A stretch of 64,000 nucleotides of DNA from Octopus vulgaris (GCA_951406725.2 OX597831.1:36828001-36892000); one strand, 5' to 3'; shown: positions 12,611 through 24,971, numbered from the stretch's first letter. The notes: generated by a model from the sequence alone, not told the origin. Translations and numbers: made by a program.

Positions 12611-14083
12611 AAGGCCAGCGGTGCCAAAATCACAAAGTATGGAAGGCCAGCTGTGCCAAAATCAAAAAGTACGGAAGGCCAGCTGTGCCAAAATCAAAAG
12701 TATGGAAGGCCAGCGGTACCAAAATCAAAAAGTATGGAAGACCAGCGGTGCCAAAATCAAAAAGTATGGAAGGCCAGCGGTGCCAAAATCAAAAAGTATG
12801 GAAGGCCAGCGGTGCCAAAAATCAAAAAGTATGGAAGGCCAGCGGTGCCAAAATCAAAAAGATTTTCGAAAATTTTCCTAACAAACTTTAAATGCAAACC
12901 TAGCCTTTTCTATGGTCTGCCAAAAATTCATAAAAGCCAAATTATAAATGAAACCATTAAAAAATCACCAAAGACATACATACACACACCTAATCCGGGG
13001 GACCTAAAACTACGACCCATTGTAGCTGGCCCAACCTGTGAAACACACAGACTAAGTCTATTTATGGACATCCTCCTGAATCCCTTCCTTAAACATATCG
13101 AGAGCCATATCAGAGATGACTTAGATATGTTAAACCACCTCCCAAAAAAAGCCAAGGAAGAAACAATCCTGGTTTCATTTGATGTAGTTAACTTATATAC
13201 CAGTATACCTCATAATTATGGACTAGAGGCAATACAGTTCTGGCTGGACCAATTTCCGGAAGAAATTCCAAAAAGGATCAGTAAAGAATTCATTACTAAA
13301 TCAATTGAATTCATCCTACATAATAACCACTTCATGTCTGACAATACATTTTACCGTCAAAAATCCGGAATTGCTATGGGTACAAGGGCAGCACCAGTCA
13401 TTGTGAAACTAACAATGGGCTACATGGAAATAATCATTTACCAGGAATCTTTATCAATCTTTGGAAACCCCCTTTCTCAATACATAAAAGAGGATTGGAA
13501 ACGATTCTTAGACGATTGTTTTATACTCTGGAATGAAAACACAGATAAACTCCTAAAATTTAAAAACCTATTGAACAGCATAAACCCAAATATACAGTTC
13601 ACAATGGAATACAACCAAAAGGAGCTCACGTTCTTGGATATACTAATTAAAAAAGTTAACCTTAAAATAGAAACAGACATTTTTTACAAAGCCACAGACG
13701 CCAAACAATACCTTCTTTTTAATTCATGCCACCCAAGACACACTAAAACAAACATCCCCTTCAACCTTGCAAGAAGGATATGCACAATAGTGTCAGAACA
13801 AAATACCAGGAACTTGAGACTGCAAGAACTCAAAAACACCCTAATTGACAGACATTACCCAGCTCAACTCATAGAGGATGGGATCAGACGTGCAACAGAA
13901 ATCAACATAGAAACTTTAGGAAAAGTTCAACACAACAACACACCTTCCCCGAAAATACTACCTTACATATCTACATACAACCCCAGAAACAAAGAAGCCT
14001 TCACCATCATCACCCAGAATTTACCAATACTTCATAAGGACCCCAAATTAAAGGAAATTCTAAACATACACCAAATCATTTAA
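12410..14083 (+). CDS. Penelope-like element reverse transcriptase. RT homology starts at ~12880; the N-terminal ~155 aa are repeat-derived; the ORF ends at a premature stop.
   Basis: Motifs FYGLPKIHK, LRPIV, LVSFDVVNLYTSIP, YRQKSGIAMGTRAAP, WKRFLDDCF, IQFTME, FLDI and the thumb motif FNSCHP are characteristic of PLE RTs. Confidence 0.85.
   Translation: MPHHPRYTRFCFTLNYDDIDFNGSKITIMAFSKNFSKIFKGNFPQKFSKVFTENFPRKFSQKYSKNHKASGAKITKYGRPAVPKSKSTEGQLCQNQKYGRPAVPKSKSMEDQRCQNQKVWKASGAKIKKYGRPAVPKIKKYGRPAVPKSKRFSKIFLTNFKCKPSLFYGLPKIHKSQIINETIKKSPKTYIHTPNPGDLKLRPIVAGPTCETHRLSLFMDILLNPFLKHIESHIRDDLDMLNHLPKKAKEETILVSFDVVNLYTSIPHNYGLEAIQFWLDQFPEEIPKRISKEFITKSIEFILHNNHFMSDNTFYRQKSGIAMGTRAAPVIVKLTMGYMEIIIYQESLSIFGNPLSQYIKEDWKRFLDDCFILWNENTDKLLKFKNLLNSINPNIQFTMEYNQKELTFLDILIKKVNLKIETDIFYKATDAKQYLLFNSCHPRHTKTNIPFNLARRICTIVSEQNTRNLRLQELKNTLIDRHYPAQLIEDGIRRATEINIETLGKVQHNNTPSPKILPYISTYNPRNKEAFTIITQNLPILHKDPKLKEILNIHQII
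12611..12861 (+). repeat. 32-bp minisatellite, ~7.8 copies
   Basis: AAGGCCAGCGGTGCCAAAATCAAAAAGTATGG starting at 12611, 12643, 12675, 12706, 12738, 12770, 12802 and 12835; no spacers. Confidence 0.95.
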
Positions 14084-14553
14084 AGCTACAAACAACCTAA
14101 ATCACTTAAAAAGATTCTCACAAAGGCAAAATTGTTTTCTGAAATTACGGATGCAAAAGTAAAAAAATATGGTAGATCGACCTGTGCAACATGTCCAAAC
14201 CTGCTAGAAGGATCAGAATTTCTCTTTAAAGAGGGACAGAAATTTAAGATCAAATCTAACTTTACTTGTGCCTCTGAAAACATAATTTATGTCATAAAAT
14301 GCTCGGGCTGCCACCAAGACTACGTGGGATCCACGGGACTATCACTCAGATGTAGATGCACACTGCATCGACAACAGATTGCATTCCCAGAATACAGAAT
14401 GATACCTTTTAGTGAGCACATTGAGAAATGCGCAAAGCAACTACTACCACAATTTCAATCTTTCCATTTTACCAATGTGCTATCGGATCATCAACACAAA
14501 TTAGACTAAACAAGGAAACATTCTTCATTGAAAAGTACAAGCCAAGACTTAAC
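14084..14553 (+). pseudogene. PLE zinc-finger-like linker and GIY-YIG endonuclease, disabled
   Basis: In frame with the RT after TAA 14081-14083: SYKQPKSLKKIL...FTCASENIIYVIKCSGCHQDYVGST...LHRQQI. A frameshift near 14456 shifts to IFPFYQ...KETFFIEKYKPRLN. Confidence 0.88.
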
Positions 14554-14719
14554 CATGCCAACATACTGATACAGAGAAATTCACACCAAGGAAAAGAAAA
14601 AAAATTTAAGCGATTATCTCCCTTATACCTGGAAGAAATCACTCATTACCTCCCCTTATTTAGAACTCTTTTAAACATAAACATAACGATAACTCTATTC
14701 AACATAAACATAACGTCGT

Positions 14720-14757
14720 AAGAAATTTGAAAAGCTAAACGCGAAACTGGCTTTCTT
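14720..14757 (+). ncRNA. Hammerhead motif of the PLE 3' UTR, U3-A8 variant, cleavage site damaged
   Basis: AAGAAA-T-TTGAAAA-GC-TAAAC-GC-GAAAC-TGG-C-TTTCTT. Same as 7016-7054 except that GAAACCGGTC has become GAAACTGGC. Confidence 0.6.
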
Positions 14758-14995
14758 CTAAATTATGTCATTATAAAGGAAAAAAATTTTTTTAATATTC
14801 TTCAGACATATTGACGGAAATATATATATTTTTTAACCTTTAAGCCTTCTGTAGTTTTTTCACTTTTTACTATTTTCTATATATTCAACAACGTGCTTTC
14901 ACAAACGAACTTTCTTATCTAATTTTTATATATATATATATATATATCTATATATATATATAGGTGTGATGGTGTGATATGTGTGATCGTGTCTC

Positions 14996-15055
<60 letters not shown>

Positions 15056-15089
15056 GAATAGGGTGTTGGTTACAAAGTAAAAAAAAACC

Positions 15090-15262
15090 ACCACACTTTG
15101 TTAAGTGTTTGGTGTTAGGAAGGGCATCCAGCCATAGACAGAAAGCCAAATCGGATGAGAACCGAATGTGGCTGTCCAGCTGGTTAGCACCTGTCAAATC
15201 ATCCAACCCATACCAGTATGGAAAACAGACATTAAATAATGATGATGATGATGATGATGATG
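15090..15262 (+). mobile_element. RTE-related 3' end (family D) with (GAT)n tail
   Basis: GTTAGGAAGGGCATCCAGC...ACAGACATTAAA followed by (GAT)n. Confidence 0.7.
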
Positions 15263-15299
15263 TCTATAATTAAATAGGTGTGATAGTGTGTACATTAGA

Positions 15300-15740
15300 C
15301 ATTAGGGTCTCCTGCTCATGGTTGTAAGGGCTTGATTTCGATACACAGCAGCACATTGTCTCCTTGAACAAGACACTTTATTTCACATCGCTCCAGTTCA
15401 GTCAGCTGACAATACTGAGCAATCCTGGAATGGACTGGCATCCCATCCAGGTGAGTAGCATATACATCATGAATCCAGGGGAAACTGGCCTTTATGAGTC
15501 GGTATGATCCGATAAGGTAACTTTAATTTCAGTTCACTCTGCTGGCAAAAATGATGTGACCCCGTATTTTAAAAGGGCCTACATTGTCACATTCTGTGCC
15601 ATGCTGAACCTCCATAAGAACTATACTAAAGGTACAAATATCTGTGGAATGCTCAGCTAGTTGGCCATTAATTTCACAAGCAGGTGGTTCCATCGATCGG
15701 ATCTGCTGGAACACTCCCATTGTAACCAACGGAACACCAG
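15300..15740 (+). mobile_element. Diverged family E SINE pieces
   Basis: TGTCTCCTTGAACAAGACACTTTATTTCAC and GCTGGCAAAAATGA...TTAATTTCACAAGCAGG match the 6500-6818 element. Confidence 0.55.
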
Positions 15741-16460
15741 TTTATGATTAAATAGCTGCAGAGAAAGAAATAGATGATGAGTGGCTTCATCATAAACCTG
15801 AATTAATATGGACATTTCTAGTTCTTTGGGTTCCATATACAGGAATGAAGTTTGTTTGCATACTTCATATGAAGGGTTGGTAACGATATTCCTGGCAGAT
15901 CCTCTGAGTACTGGCACTATGTATAATACCAATTAATATTATCGGCAAGTTTCAATATTTAAACTGGCAGGTTCTACCATTTATATTATATCTCACATGC
16001 AATGTGTGTGTGTGTTTGTGTTGAGGGATTTGAATATATGCATATATGTAGATGCACAGGTATAGAAATAGATATGCTTGTGTATGTGTGTGTGTGTGTG
16101 TGTGTATGTGTGTGTATGTGTGTGCATGTGTTTGCACTTCTGTAATATATATGTGTGTGAGTGTGTACATCTTGTGTGGGTGTTTATATGATTAAGCAGA
16201 TTTATGGCTGTGCTTCTGTGTGTATGAGTGAGAAAGAGTGTGTATGTATATATATATATATATATATATATGTAGACAGAGAGAAAGAGAGAGAGAGATA
16301 CACATACACACATTAAGACTTGTATATAGTTTTGTATCTCTCTATATCAATGTATACAATTAAAGATTCAAACTCATGTTTGTATAATATGCAGGTATTT
16401 GAACATGCATATAAGCTCATGCATTTACACATAAGACACATACACACATGTATGCATATT

Positions 16461-16511
<51 letters not shown>

Positions 16512-16539
16512 TTTACATATATGGATGTACAGATAGACA

Positions 16540-16616
<77 letters not shown>

Positions 16617-16932
16617 CTTAGATTGATAGATAGATAGATAGATAGATAGGTAGATAGATATGTAGATAGACATAGATATGTACACATATATATATATATA
16701 TATATATATATTGATTGATTGATTAAATGATCTCAACAGATAGATAGATAAATAGATAAATGGATAGATAGATAGATAGATAGATAGATAAATACCTAAA
16801 TAGATAGATACATAGACAGATAAATAGATAGACAGATAAATAGATAGACAGATAAATAGATAGATAAATTGATAGGTAGATAGATAGATATATAGAGAGA
16901 TAGAAAAATTGATAGATAAATAGATGGATAAA

Positions 16933-17156
16933 GGTGGTGAGCTGGCAGAAACATTAGCACGCCGGGCGAAATGCTTAGTTGTTTTTGATCTGCCGTTACG
17001 TTCTGAGTTCAAATTCCACCGAGGTCAACTTTGCCTTTCATCCTTTCGGGGTCGATTAAATAAATACCAGTTACGCACTGGGGTCGATATAATACATTTG
17101 TCTGTCCTTGTTTGTCCCCTCCATGTTTAGCCCCTTGTGGGTGGTACAGAAATAAG
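16933..17156 (+). mobile_element. SINE family B in a (GATA)n tract
   Basis: GGTGGTGAGCTGGCAGAAAC...GTTCTGAGTTCAAATTCC...GTTTAGCCCCTTGTGGG...GAAATAAG. Confidence 0.85.
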
Positions 17157-17232
17157 ATAGATAAAAGGATAGATAGAGCAATAGATAGATAAATAGATAG
17201 ATAAATAGATAAATAGATAAATAGGTAGATAG

Positions 17233-17402
<170 letters not shown>

Positions 17403-17403
17403 C

Positions 17404-17490
<87 letters not shown>

Positions 17491-17985
17491 GTCATAGATA
17501 TATATATAAACAGAACATTAAATATGGTTAACTTGTAACTGGATTAGAATTCCAACAGAAACAGGTTGAGATAGGATCATTAACAAGAACTACCTCTGTA
17601 CATTTGTAATTCATTGCAGATATGAATAAAAGAGAGAATTATTCAGTTGAAATATTATATATTCCCAAAGTGTGACAGAATATGTTGTCAGTTATAAAGC
17701 ACGCTTTAGTCGAATGAGGCTCATAGGACACTAAATTAAGGCATTGCTGGTATCTGTCCTGTTGCGTTGTAGGAGTAAGGGGAAACGTGAAGTAAAAGAG
17801 AAAACAACATCATTAGTTGCTTCCTATCGATACACACCGACACAGCACATATAGGCACATATATATATTTGTACGTGCATATATATATATATATATATAT
17901 TTGCATGTGTGTGCATTTACATATGTATGCAGATATAGCTGTATATATATATGTATATATACATACAAATATGTATGTATCAATA

Positions 17986-18018
<33 letters not shown>

Positions 18019-18645
18019 CATCGTTTAAAGCGGACGTTAAACGATGATGATGATGATGATATATATATATATATGTGTATAAATGCATGCACGCGCATGT
18101 ATATATATTTCTAGATATACGCATTCAGGTTTACATATCTATCAACCAGCATACATATATGCATGTATATGTGTATGTGCGTATGTATATATCGGTTTTA
18201 AATCATGTGAGCATCTAGCTTGCATTCATTATCTCATGGCAACATTAACCATTATATAACCATTCTACAACCAGATATATTTTGATAAATCATTGAAATA
18301 CTGGCAAAAAACAAAGGAGTATTTCTGTGTTAACTTCATCTTTTCCACTATTTTTCACAATACATACATACATACATACATGCATATGTATATACATACA
18401 TACATGCACACGTATACACTCACACATGCAGAGAATCATAAATTGGAAAGCCTTTCCAATTTATAATTCTTTTTGTTATTGGGGGCTTAACATTTTCCCT
18501 CATTCCCCTGACTTCAGTTAATGTGTATCAATGAAAGTTTGTGGTTGTAGTTGTCTTCTAAGCATAATCTGGCTACTACCTGTTGTCTGTAGTACCCTTA
18601 ATTATATATATATATAGGGAGATGTACTTGCATAGCAAGTGACTT

Positions 18646-18827
18646 GATTCACTTTAACATTTAAATTTAATTTGTCAAAATATTTTCGTCGCTTTGAAAC
18701 CGCGACCTGTTCACTGACAAAGCTTCATGAAAAGGTCGTGCAGCACAAAGCTTTGTCACTGAACATGTTGCGGTTTCAAAGTGATGAAAATATTTTGACA
18801 ACTTAAATTTAAATGTTGGAGTGAATC
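18646..18827. repeat. Foldback with ~80-bp arms and ~22-nt loop
   Basis: GATTCACTTTAACATTTAAATTT...GACAAAGCTT pairs with AAGCTTTGTC...AAATTTAAATGTTGGAGTGAATC. Confidence 0.9.
18672..18720 (-). ncRNA. Minimal type I hammerhead ribozyme, G3-C8 core variant
   Basis: Minus strand: UUGUCA-GUGAACA-G-GUCGC-GGUUUCAAA-GCGAC-GAAA-AUAU-U-U-UGACAA. Perfect 6-bp stem I, 5-bp stem II, palindromic AAUAUU stem III, NUH triplet UUU. Confidence 0.7.
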
Positions 18828-18896
18828 TAACGGTTTTGTGTGTTTCTTAAATGGCTTATAAACACCTTCCACGCTGCAATTGTTTATATATATATA

Positions 18897-19065
18897 TAAA
18901 AATGGAACAAAAACGCACTTGAGTACAATAAAACATTCAGACAGATAGACGATACAAGGCAGACAAGAGAAACAACAATTAGAAGGACAGGCAAAAAACG
19001 ACTGGTCATTCATAGCCTTCTTTCCTCAGTCAAGTCCCAGAAGTCACAACCATTTTGGGCACCGA
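18897..19065 (-). mobile_element. ~180-bp dispersed repeat, second copy
   Basis: Homologous to 1258-1440 and 44400-44570. Confidence 0.6.
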
Positions 19066-19526
19066 CCCATACACACACACACACAGAGTATAAAGATAAA
19101 GTTAGCTAGTCCTAAAATGTTTTTAGGCTTGGTTGTGAGGAACGTTGGATGCAGGTCATAAAAGAACAAGGATCATATTTTGCTTAAATAAATAAATATT
19201 CTAAAACTTAAAAAACAATTTCAATGTTTCCTTTTTCAAATGCAACATTTCATGTAAGACAACCTAATACATCAACTATACAGGTGAGTTGAGGATAGTT
19301 GGGTGCTAGGTATTTCTTGCTAATGAACTTGCGTAAATATCTATCCATTTGGTAGGGGATATTTTGGTTCTGAGAAATATTTTGTGGCCGTATGGTAAGC
19401 AGCTTGCTTACCCAACCACATGGTTCTGTGTTCAGTCCCATTGCATTGCACTTTACGCAAAAGTCTTCTATCATAGCCTTGGGTTGACCAAAGCCTTGTG
19501 AGTGAATTTGGTAGATGGAAACATAC

Positions 19527-19577
<51 letters not shown>

Positions 19578-19581
<4 letters not shown>

Positions 19582-19869
19582 CGTGAACACCATGACCGAC
19601 CAGGCTATCAGATATGTTGCTACACATCGCTGGTCACAATGTGCTTCGCATTGTTTAAGCCTTCAAATGACACCACCCCGCTGGCTAAGCAAGCAGGCCA
19701 ACAGAAGAAAGAGTGAGAGAAAGTTGTGGCGAAAGAGTATAGCAGGGATTGCCACTACCACCTGCTGGAGCCTTGTGGAGCTTTAGATGTTTTCGCCCAA
19801 TAAACACTGACAAAGCCATGTTCCTACAACTGCGTGTCCGCTGACCTAACCACTGGGCCATTGCGCCTC

Positions 19870-19871
<2 letters not shown>
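19578..19871 (-). mobile_element. SINE family C-related
   Basis: Reverse complement starts GGAGGCGCAATGGCCCAGTGGTTAGG and shares CTAAAGCTCCAC...GCCACAACTTTCTCTCACTCTTTC with 2494-2799. Confidence 0.75.
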
Positions 19872-19922
<51 letters not shown>

Positions 19923-20221
19923 TACACCTTCTGCCCCAATATGAAGAACATTATAACTTGCAAAAATCACCAAGAGACCGCTCCCAGTTATAATTGTTGA
20001 GACCCTGAAGCTTGACTAGGTGTATATGATAAACTCCATCATATACGAGGCTGAAGTTACAGCTAAGTTCCAAGAATCAGTTGAAAAGAAGAATTTCGTC
20101 AGGTGTAATTTTATAAATATGCCTGTTCAAGTATCATAATAGCATGAAACTATTGGTAGCACTTTTGGGTGTGTATTCAAATTGATATATACATATGTGT
20201 ATTTAAATTTATGTATGTGTG

Positions 20222-20435
20222 TGTTTGTGTTTGTCCCCCTCCCCCATTACCAATTGATCAGTGTTGGTGTGTTTACATCCGAGTAACTTAGCAGTTTGGC
20301 AAAAGCAACCAATAGAATATGTACTAAGCTTAAGAAATAAGTCCTGGGGTTGATTTTTTGACTAAAACCCTTAAAAGCATTGCTCCAGCTTGGCTGCAGT
20401 CAAATGACTGAAACAAATTAAAAAATAAAAGAATA
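20222..20435 (+). mobile_element. SINE family A, 3' half
   Basis: GGTGTGTTTACATCC...AATAAGTCCTGGGGTTGAT...CAAATGACTGAAACAA. Confidence 0.75.
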
Positions 20436-20864
20436 AAATTCTATATTATTGTTAAGTAATTGTTACTCATTGGATATGAACCATTCAGAAGCTAAGAAAA
20501 TATATGGAAGGCTTTGTCACTAATTACAAGCTGAAAGATTAAAAGCAGATATCTTTTTTTCTGGCACATAGATAAAAAGTTATGCAGCTAAGTTGGCTAG
20601 CCATGTATGCAATTTGAGAGCAACTCCATAACATATGCAATTAAGTGGATAATAGGGGAGAAATCGAAGCCATATGTTAATGAATCTAAGAAATGCAACT
20701 TATGCATAGCAGAAAAATCTCATATCTTCTTCTTAGATTCAGCAATGCCAATACACTGGTTAATTTGAGATCTGAAATTTCTAGCAGGTGTAGATACACG
20801 GGCATGTTTCTATCACCAGTTTCATTGGCATATAGCCCCCCCCCCCCACACACACACATACACT

Positions 20865-21062
20865 TTTGCTAGATGCAGGTGGAAAGAGTGAGAAAAAGTT
20901 GTGGCAAAAGAGTCAGCAGAAGTTCACTATTACCTTCTGCTGGAACTGTGTGGAGCTTAGCTGTTTTACTCATAAACACACACATCACCCAATCTGAGAT
21001 TTGAACTCACGTTCCCTTGACTGCGAGTCCGCTGCTCTAACCACTAGGCCACGTGCCTCCAC
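20865..21062 (-). mobile_element. SINE family C, 5' part
   Basis: Reverse complement GGAGGCACGTGGCCTAGTGGTTAGAGCAGCGGACTCGCAG. Confidence 0.8.
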
Positions 21063-22059
21063 TGTCAGTTCATTAGTATAAGTTATTTGTTCTTGGTTTA
21101 TCTGTTTAATTTTCATGCTAGATTTGTTTTATGGTTTCTCTGTAGGACTTGTTTATCTATATCAGATATTTTTTCGATGGTTTTGTTTAGTTTCTGTCTC
21201 TCAGATCTACATATTTCACTTTGGTCAGCCTGTAACTAAGAACAACTTCGTTCATAGACTGGTCTATTGTTTTAGACTGGACTTAGTTCTTCATTTCTGC
21301 TATTGTCTCAAAATATTTGAAAACTTTCAGACCTAGTTGACTTATATTCTTTTTTGGAGTGGCTTGGTTCTTAGACTGGCTTATAGCTTTTCACTGGACA
21401 TAGACTGGTTTATTGTCACAAAAGGCTTGGAGAAATTTCGGTAATTTTAGAGTGACTTAGTTCTTGGACAGGTAACTTTTGCTGCTGCTGCTGCTACTTT
21501 AAAATCCATATTTTTCACTATATGATGGGGAAAAGATATCTAGTCTAGAAATGTTATTTTTGACTAGTGCTTTATCCATGTCATATGATGATGTATTTAC
21601 CAGTATCTTATCATTACTGATTCTGAAGATAACTATTAACTTTATGGGTTCCTGTCTCTTGTGGAGATATTTATTGCATCGGAAATATTTGCCATTCCAG
21701 AATAAAATAACATGTTAGTTTATAACTTAGAATATGAAATAAATTGACTTTCACAAACTTTACTTGCTAGTTCTTGTCTCTTTCCTTACCATTTAACATG
21801 CACACAGATGAGAAAAACAAAATATTAAACATGGAAAAAAAAATAATTCTTAGAATATTTATTTACTTCTGCTATTTGTCTTTATATTATTTGCTGTTTT
21901 GTTTTTACATGTTTAATGTATATTTTTGTGTGTGCATGGAAGAAGTGGCATGGGTTTTTTTTCTTTTAATGATGACGTAGATATTTAAAGTGGACACTTC
22001 TAAGAACCATGTGTATCTTTTCTTTTTCCCTTTCTCGTTAAAATAAAAATGTGTGTATA

Positions 22060-22072
22060 TTTATATATATAC

Positions 22073-22103
<31 letters not shown>

Positions 22104-22107
22104 GATA

Positions 22108-22151
<44 letters not shown>

Positions 22152-22177
22152 ACTATATATATATAAACATACATGTT

Positions 22178-22215
<38 letters not shown>

Positions 22216-23438
22216 TATATACACCATACATACATACATATATATATATTTGTGTGTGTATATATGTATCTATATAGGTATGCATTTATATCTAAATGTA
22301 TATATGAGCATGTGCATATGCATATATATATATATGCATACATAAATACATATATATATATGTGTGTGTGTGTGTATGTATATGGATATTTACATGTAAG
22401 TATGTATGTATATAATTCTATATATGAATGCATATACTATTACAATTTCGCATTTTCTTGTATCTCTCACGTATAAACATGGTTGCAAATAAATATTTTC
22501 CAAGAGTCTGAATGCAGAATTATAAAAGGAAAAAGAAAAGAAAAATTTCCATCAGTCCAAAAAGAAAAAAAGAAACAACAGAAATGAAAGGAAAGGGAAA
22601 AAGAAAAACCTTATATTTTCAGTTGTCTTTTTTCTTCTTTTTTTCTTCTTACATTTTTCTCTTTAAAAAAAAAAATATAATCCTTCTCCATTCATTTATT
22701 TATTGTACATTATGTACATCTCCATATATGACTCCTCTTACATATGAAATCCATTTAACTGTTTGTAAGCATTTGGGAGCTTATCGTTACTGCAGTCTCA
22801 TCCAGTATAGAATTTTATATCTTATAGCAATATCTGAAAACAGATATAAAGCGATAAACTTCTAGATATTTTTACAGGAGAATAATTTCCAACATTGATA
22901 GCATTTCAAAGAATAAATCGGCTTCAATGGTTAATTATCTTATGAGGAAATAGTATTGGAACATTAGCTTTGTGCAACCCTGAAAGATCTTGACAATGGA
23001 TGTTAGATTAACAGACCGTAAAACAGATTTTATTTTCCTCCGACGTTTAAAATACATGTGTATATATATATGTGGTGAATGGGTCTATATGCTTCTATGC
23101 AGACATGTGTATATATATGTATATGTTTATGTATAAATATATGTTTATATACATATACATAAACATGTGTATGTATATGTGTATATGTGTATATTTATGT
23201 ATATGTGTATATGCATGTATTTGTATATGTATATATTTACATAGGTATGTTTACATGCTTGTATATCTCAACATGTGAGCTAGTGTGTATATATTTGCAT
23301 TTGTATGTGTTTATATTTATGCATACATTTATATATATACATGTTCATATACGTATATATTTATTTTTGTATGTACATATTTATAAGCAAACGTTTTTTT
23401 GAGTATGTATGTGTGTATAAACAAATGTTTAAATGCAC

Positions 23439-23484
<46 letters not shown>

Positions 23485-23895
23485 GTAAATGTTTATATGT
23501 GTATGCATGAGTATATAAGTATATGTACATAAGTATATGTACAAAAGTATATGCGTGTATATGCATAGGTTCAAATGTGTATGTATGTGTGTATATGCAT
23601 ATATACATATGTATATTTATATGCACATATGCATATATTTATATATGTATGTTTGTATGTATATGCATAGGTATATATGTGTGTGTATGCATATATATGT
23701 ATGTGTGTGTTTGTATATATATGCGTAGGTATATAAGTAAATGTGTGTGTATATGCATATGTATGTATGTATATTTATATGTGTATATGCATATGTGTAT
23801 GTATATGAACAATGCATGTATGTATATATGTATATATACATGTATATATGTATATATGTAAACATGTATATATGTATATATATATGTATATATGT

Positions 23896-23972
<77 letters not shown>

Positions 23973-24940
23973 CATGTATACATGTATATATGTATATATA
24001 CATGTCTGTATATATGTATATTTCTATGCAAATGTTTATGTGTGCATGTATATAGGTATGTTTGTATATGTGTAGGTATATGAGTATATGTGTGTTTACG
24101 CATGTGTTTATATGTATATTTACGTGTGTATATGCTAATATTTGTAAGTGTTGTTGTATCCCTCCCAAACTATAATACATAAGTTGAATAGGAAGGACGG
24201 CAGCTGACTTAATGGTTAAGGAAATCAGGCACCACAACTGTGGATATGTTCAAAGAATAATCCAATACTGCTAATAAAATATTTGAGAGAAGCAGTTGAG
24301 AAACGCAAAGACAGAAAGACAAACAGAAAAAAAAAACAACAAAGAATAAATGAACAAATAAATAAAGAAAGAAACCATAACAAAAACAAAATCAAACACA
24401 AAATAGATTCTATTTTAATTCATGCTGCATTTCCGGCCTCAAGCTAAAACTTAGTAATGATGTGGAATGAATTACTTACAAACATTGTAATAGTTATTCT
24501 GTATGTTTAAGCAAGATTTTGTTAGTTGTTGCTATGAAGAATAAATCTCACCCATGAGCGTTTTGTCAATTTTCCGTCCATAAAAAAAAAATAAAATGAT
24601 TAAAATGTCAAAAAAAAAATAACAAATAAATAAATGGAAAGAATTGAGGATGTAATAATAATAAAAAAAAAAAATGTAAATTATTAAAAACTGACACAAC
24701 AGTAAAACAAGATTAAACTGTAGCCACAATGTCATTAGTTAGATATTATTTTGAGAAAAGAGACTACTTCAGAGCAAATCCAAATATTCATTTGAAGAAA
24801 GAAAAAAATGGAAATCAATATGTATGAATGAGTGTGTGTGTGTGTTTGGGGCAGGGGGAATGTTTGGGTGTATGTTTGGGTCCGTGTGGTTGAGAATGTG
24901 TAAGTATGTATGTGGAAGACAGAGAGAGAGAAAGAGGGAG

Positions 24941-24971
<31 letters not shown>

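Larger units (their letters stand above)
12878..14926 (+). mobile_element. 5'-truncated Penelope-like retroelement, probably Neptune-type
   Basis: RT followed in the same frame by a Cys-rich linker ((Y)GRSTCATC) and a GIY-YIG domain. The 3' UTR has an HHR motif and ends at (TA)n ~14927. Confidence 0.92.

Noticed and set aside
12611-12861. 32-bp repeats next to a reverse transcriptase, superficially CRISPR- or retron-like
   Set aside because: The units are head to tail with no unique spacers, there are no cas genes, the context is eukaryotic and the RT is PLE type.
6895-14926. Telomere-associated endonuclease-less PLE (Athena/Terminon type)
   Set aside because: The element has a GIY-YIG domain, and I see no TTAGGG arrays at its ends.
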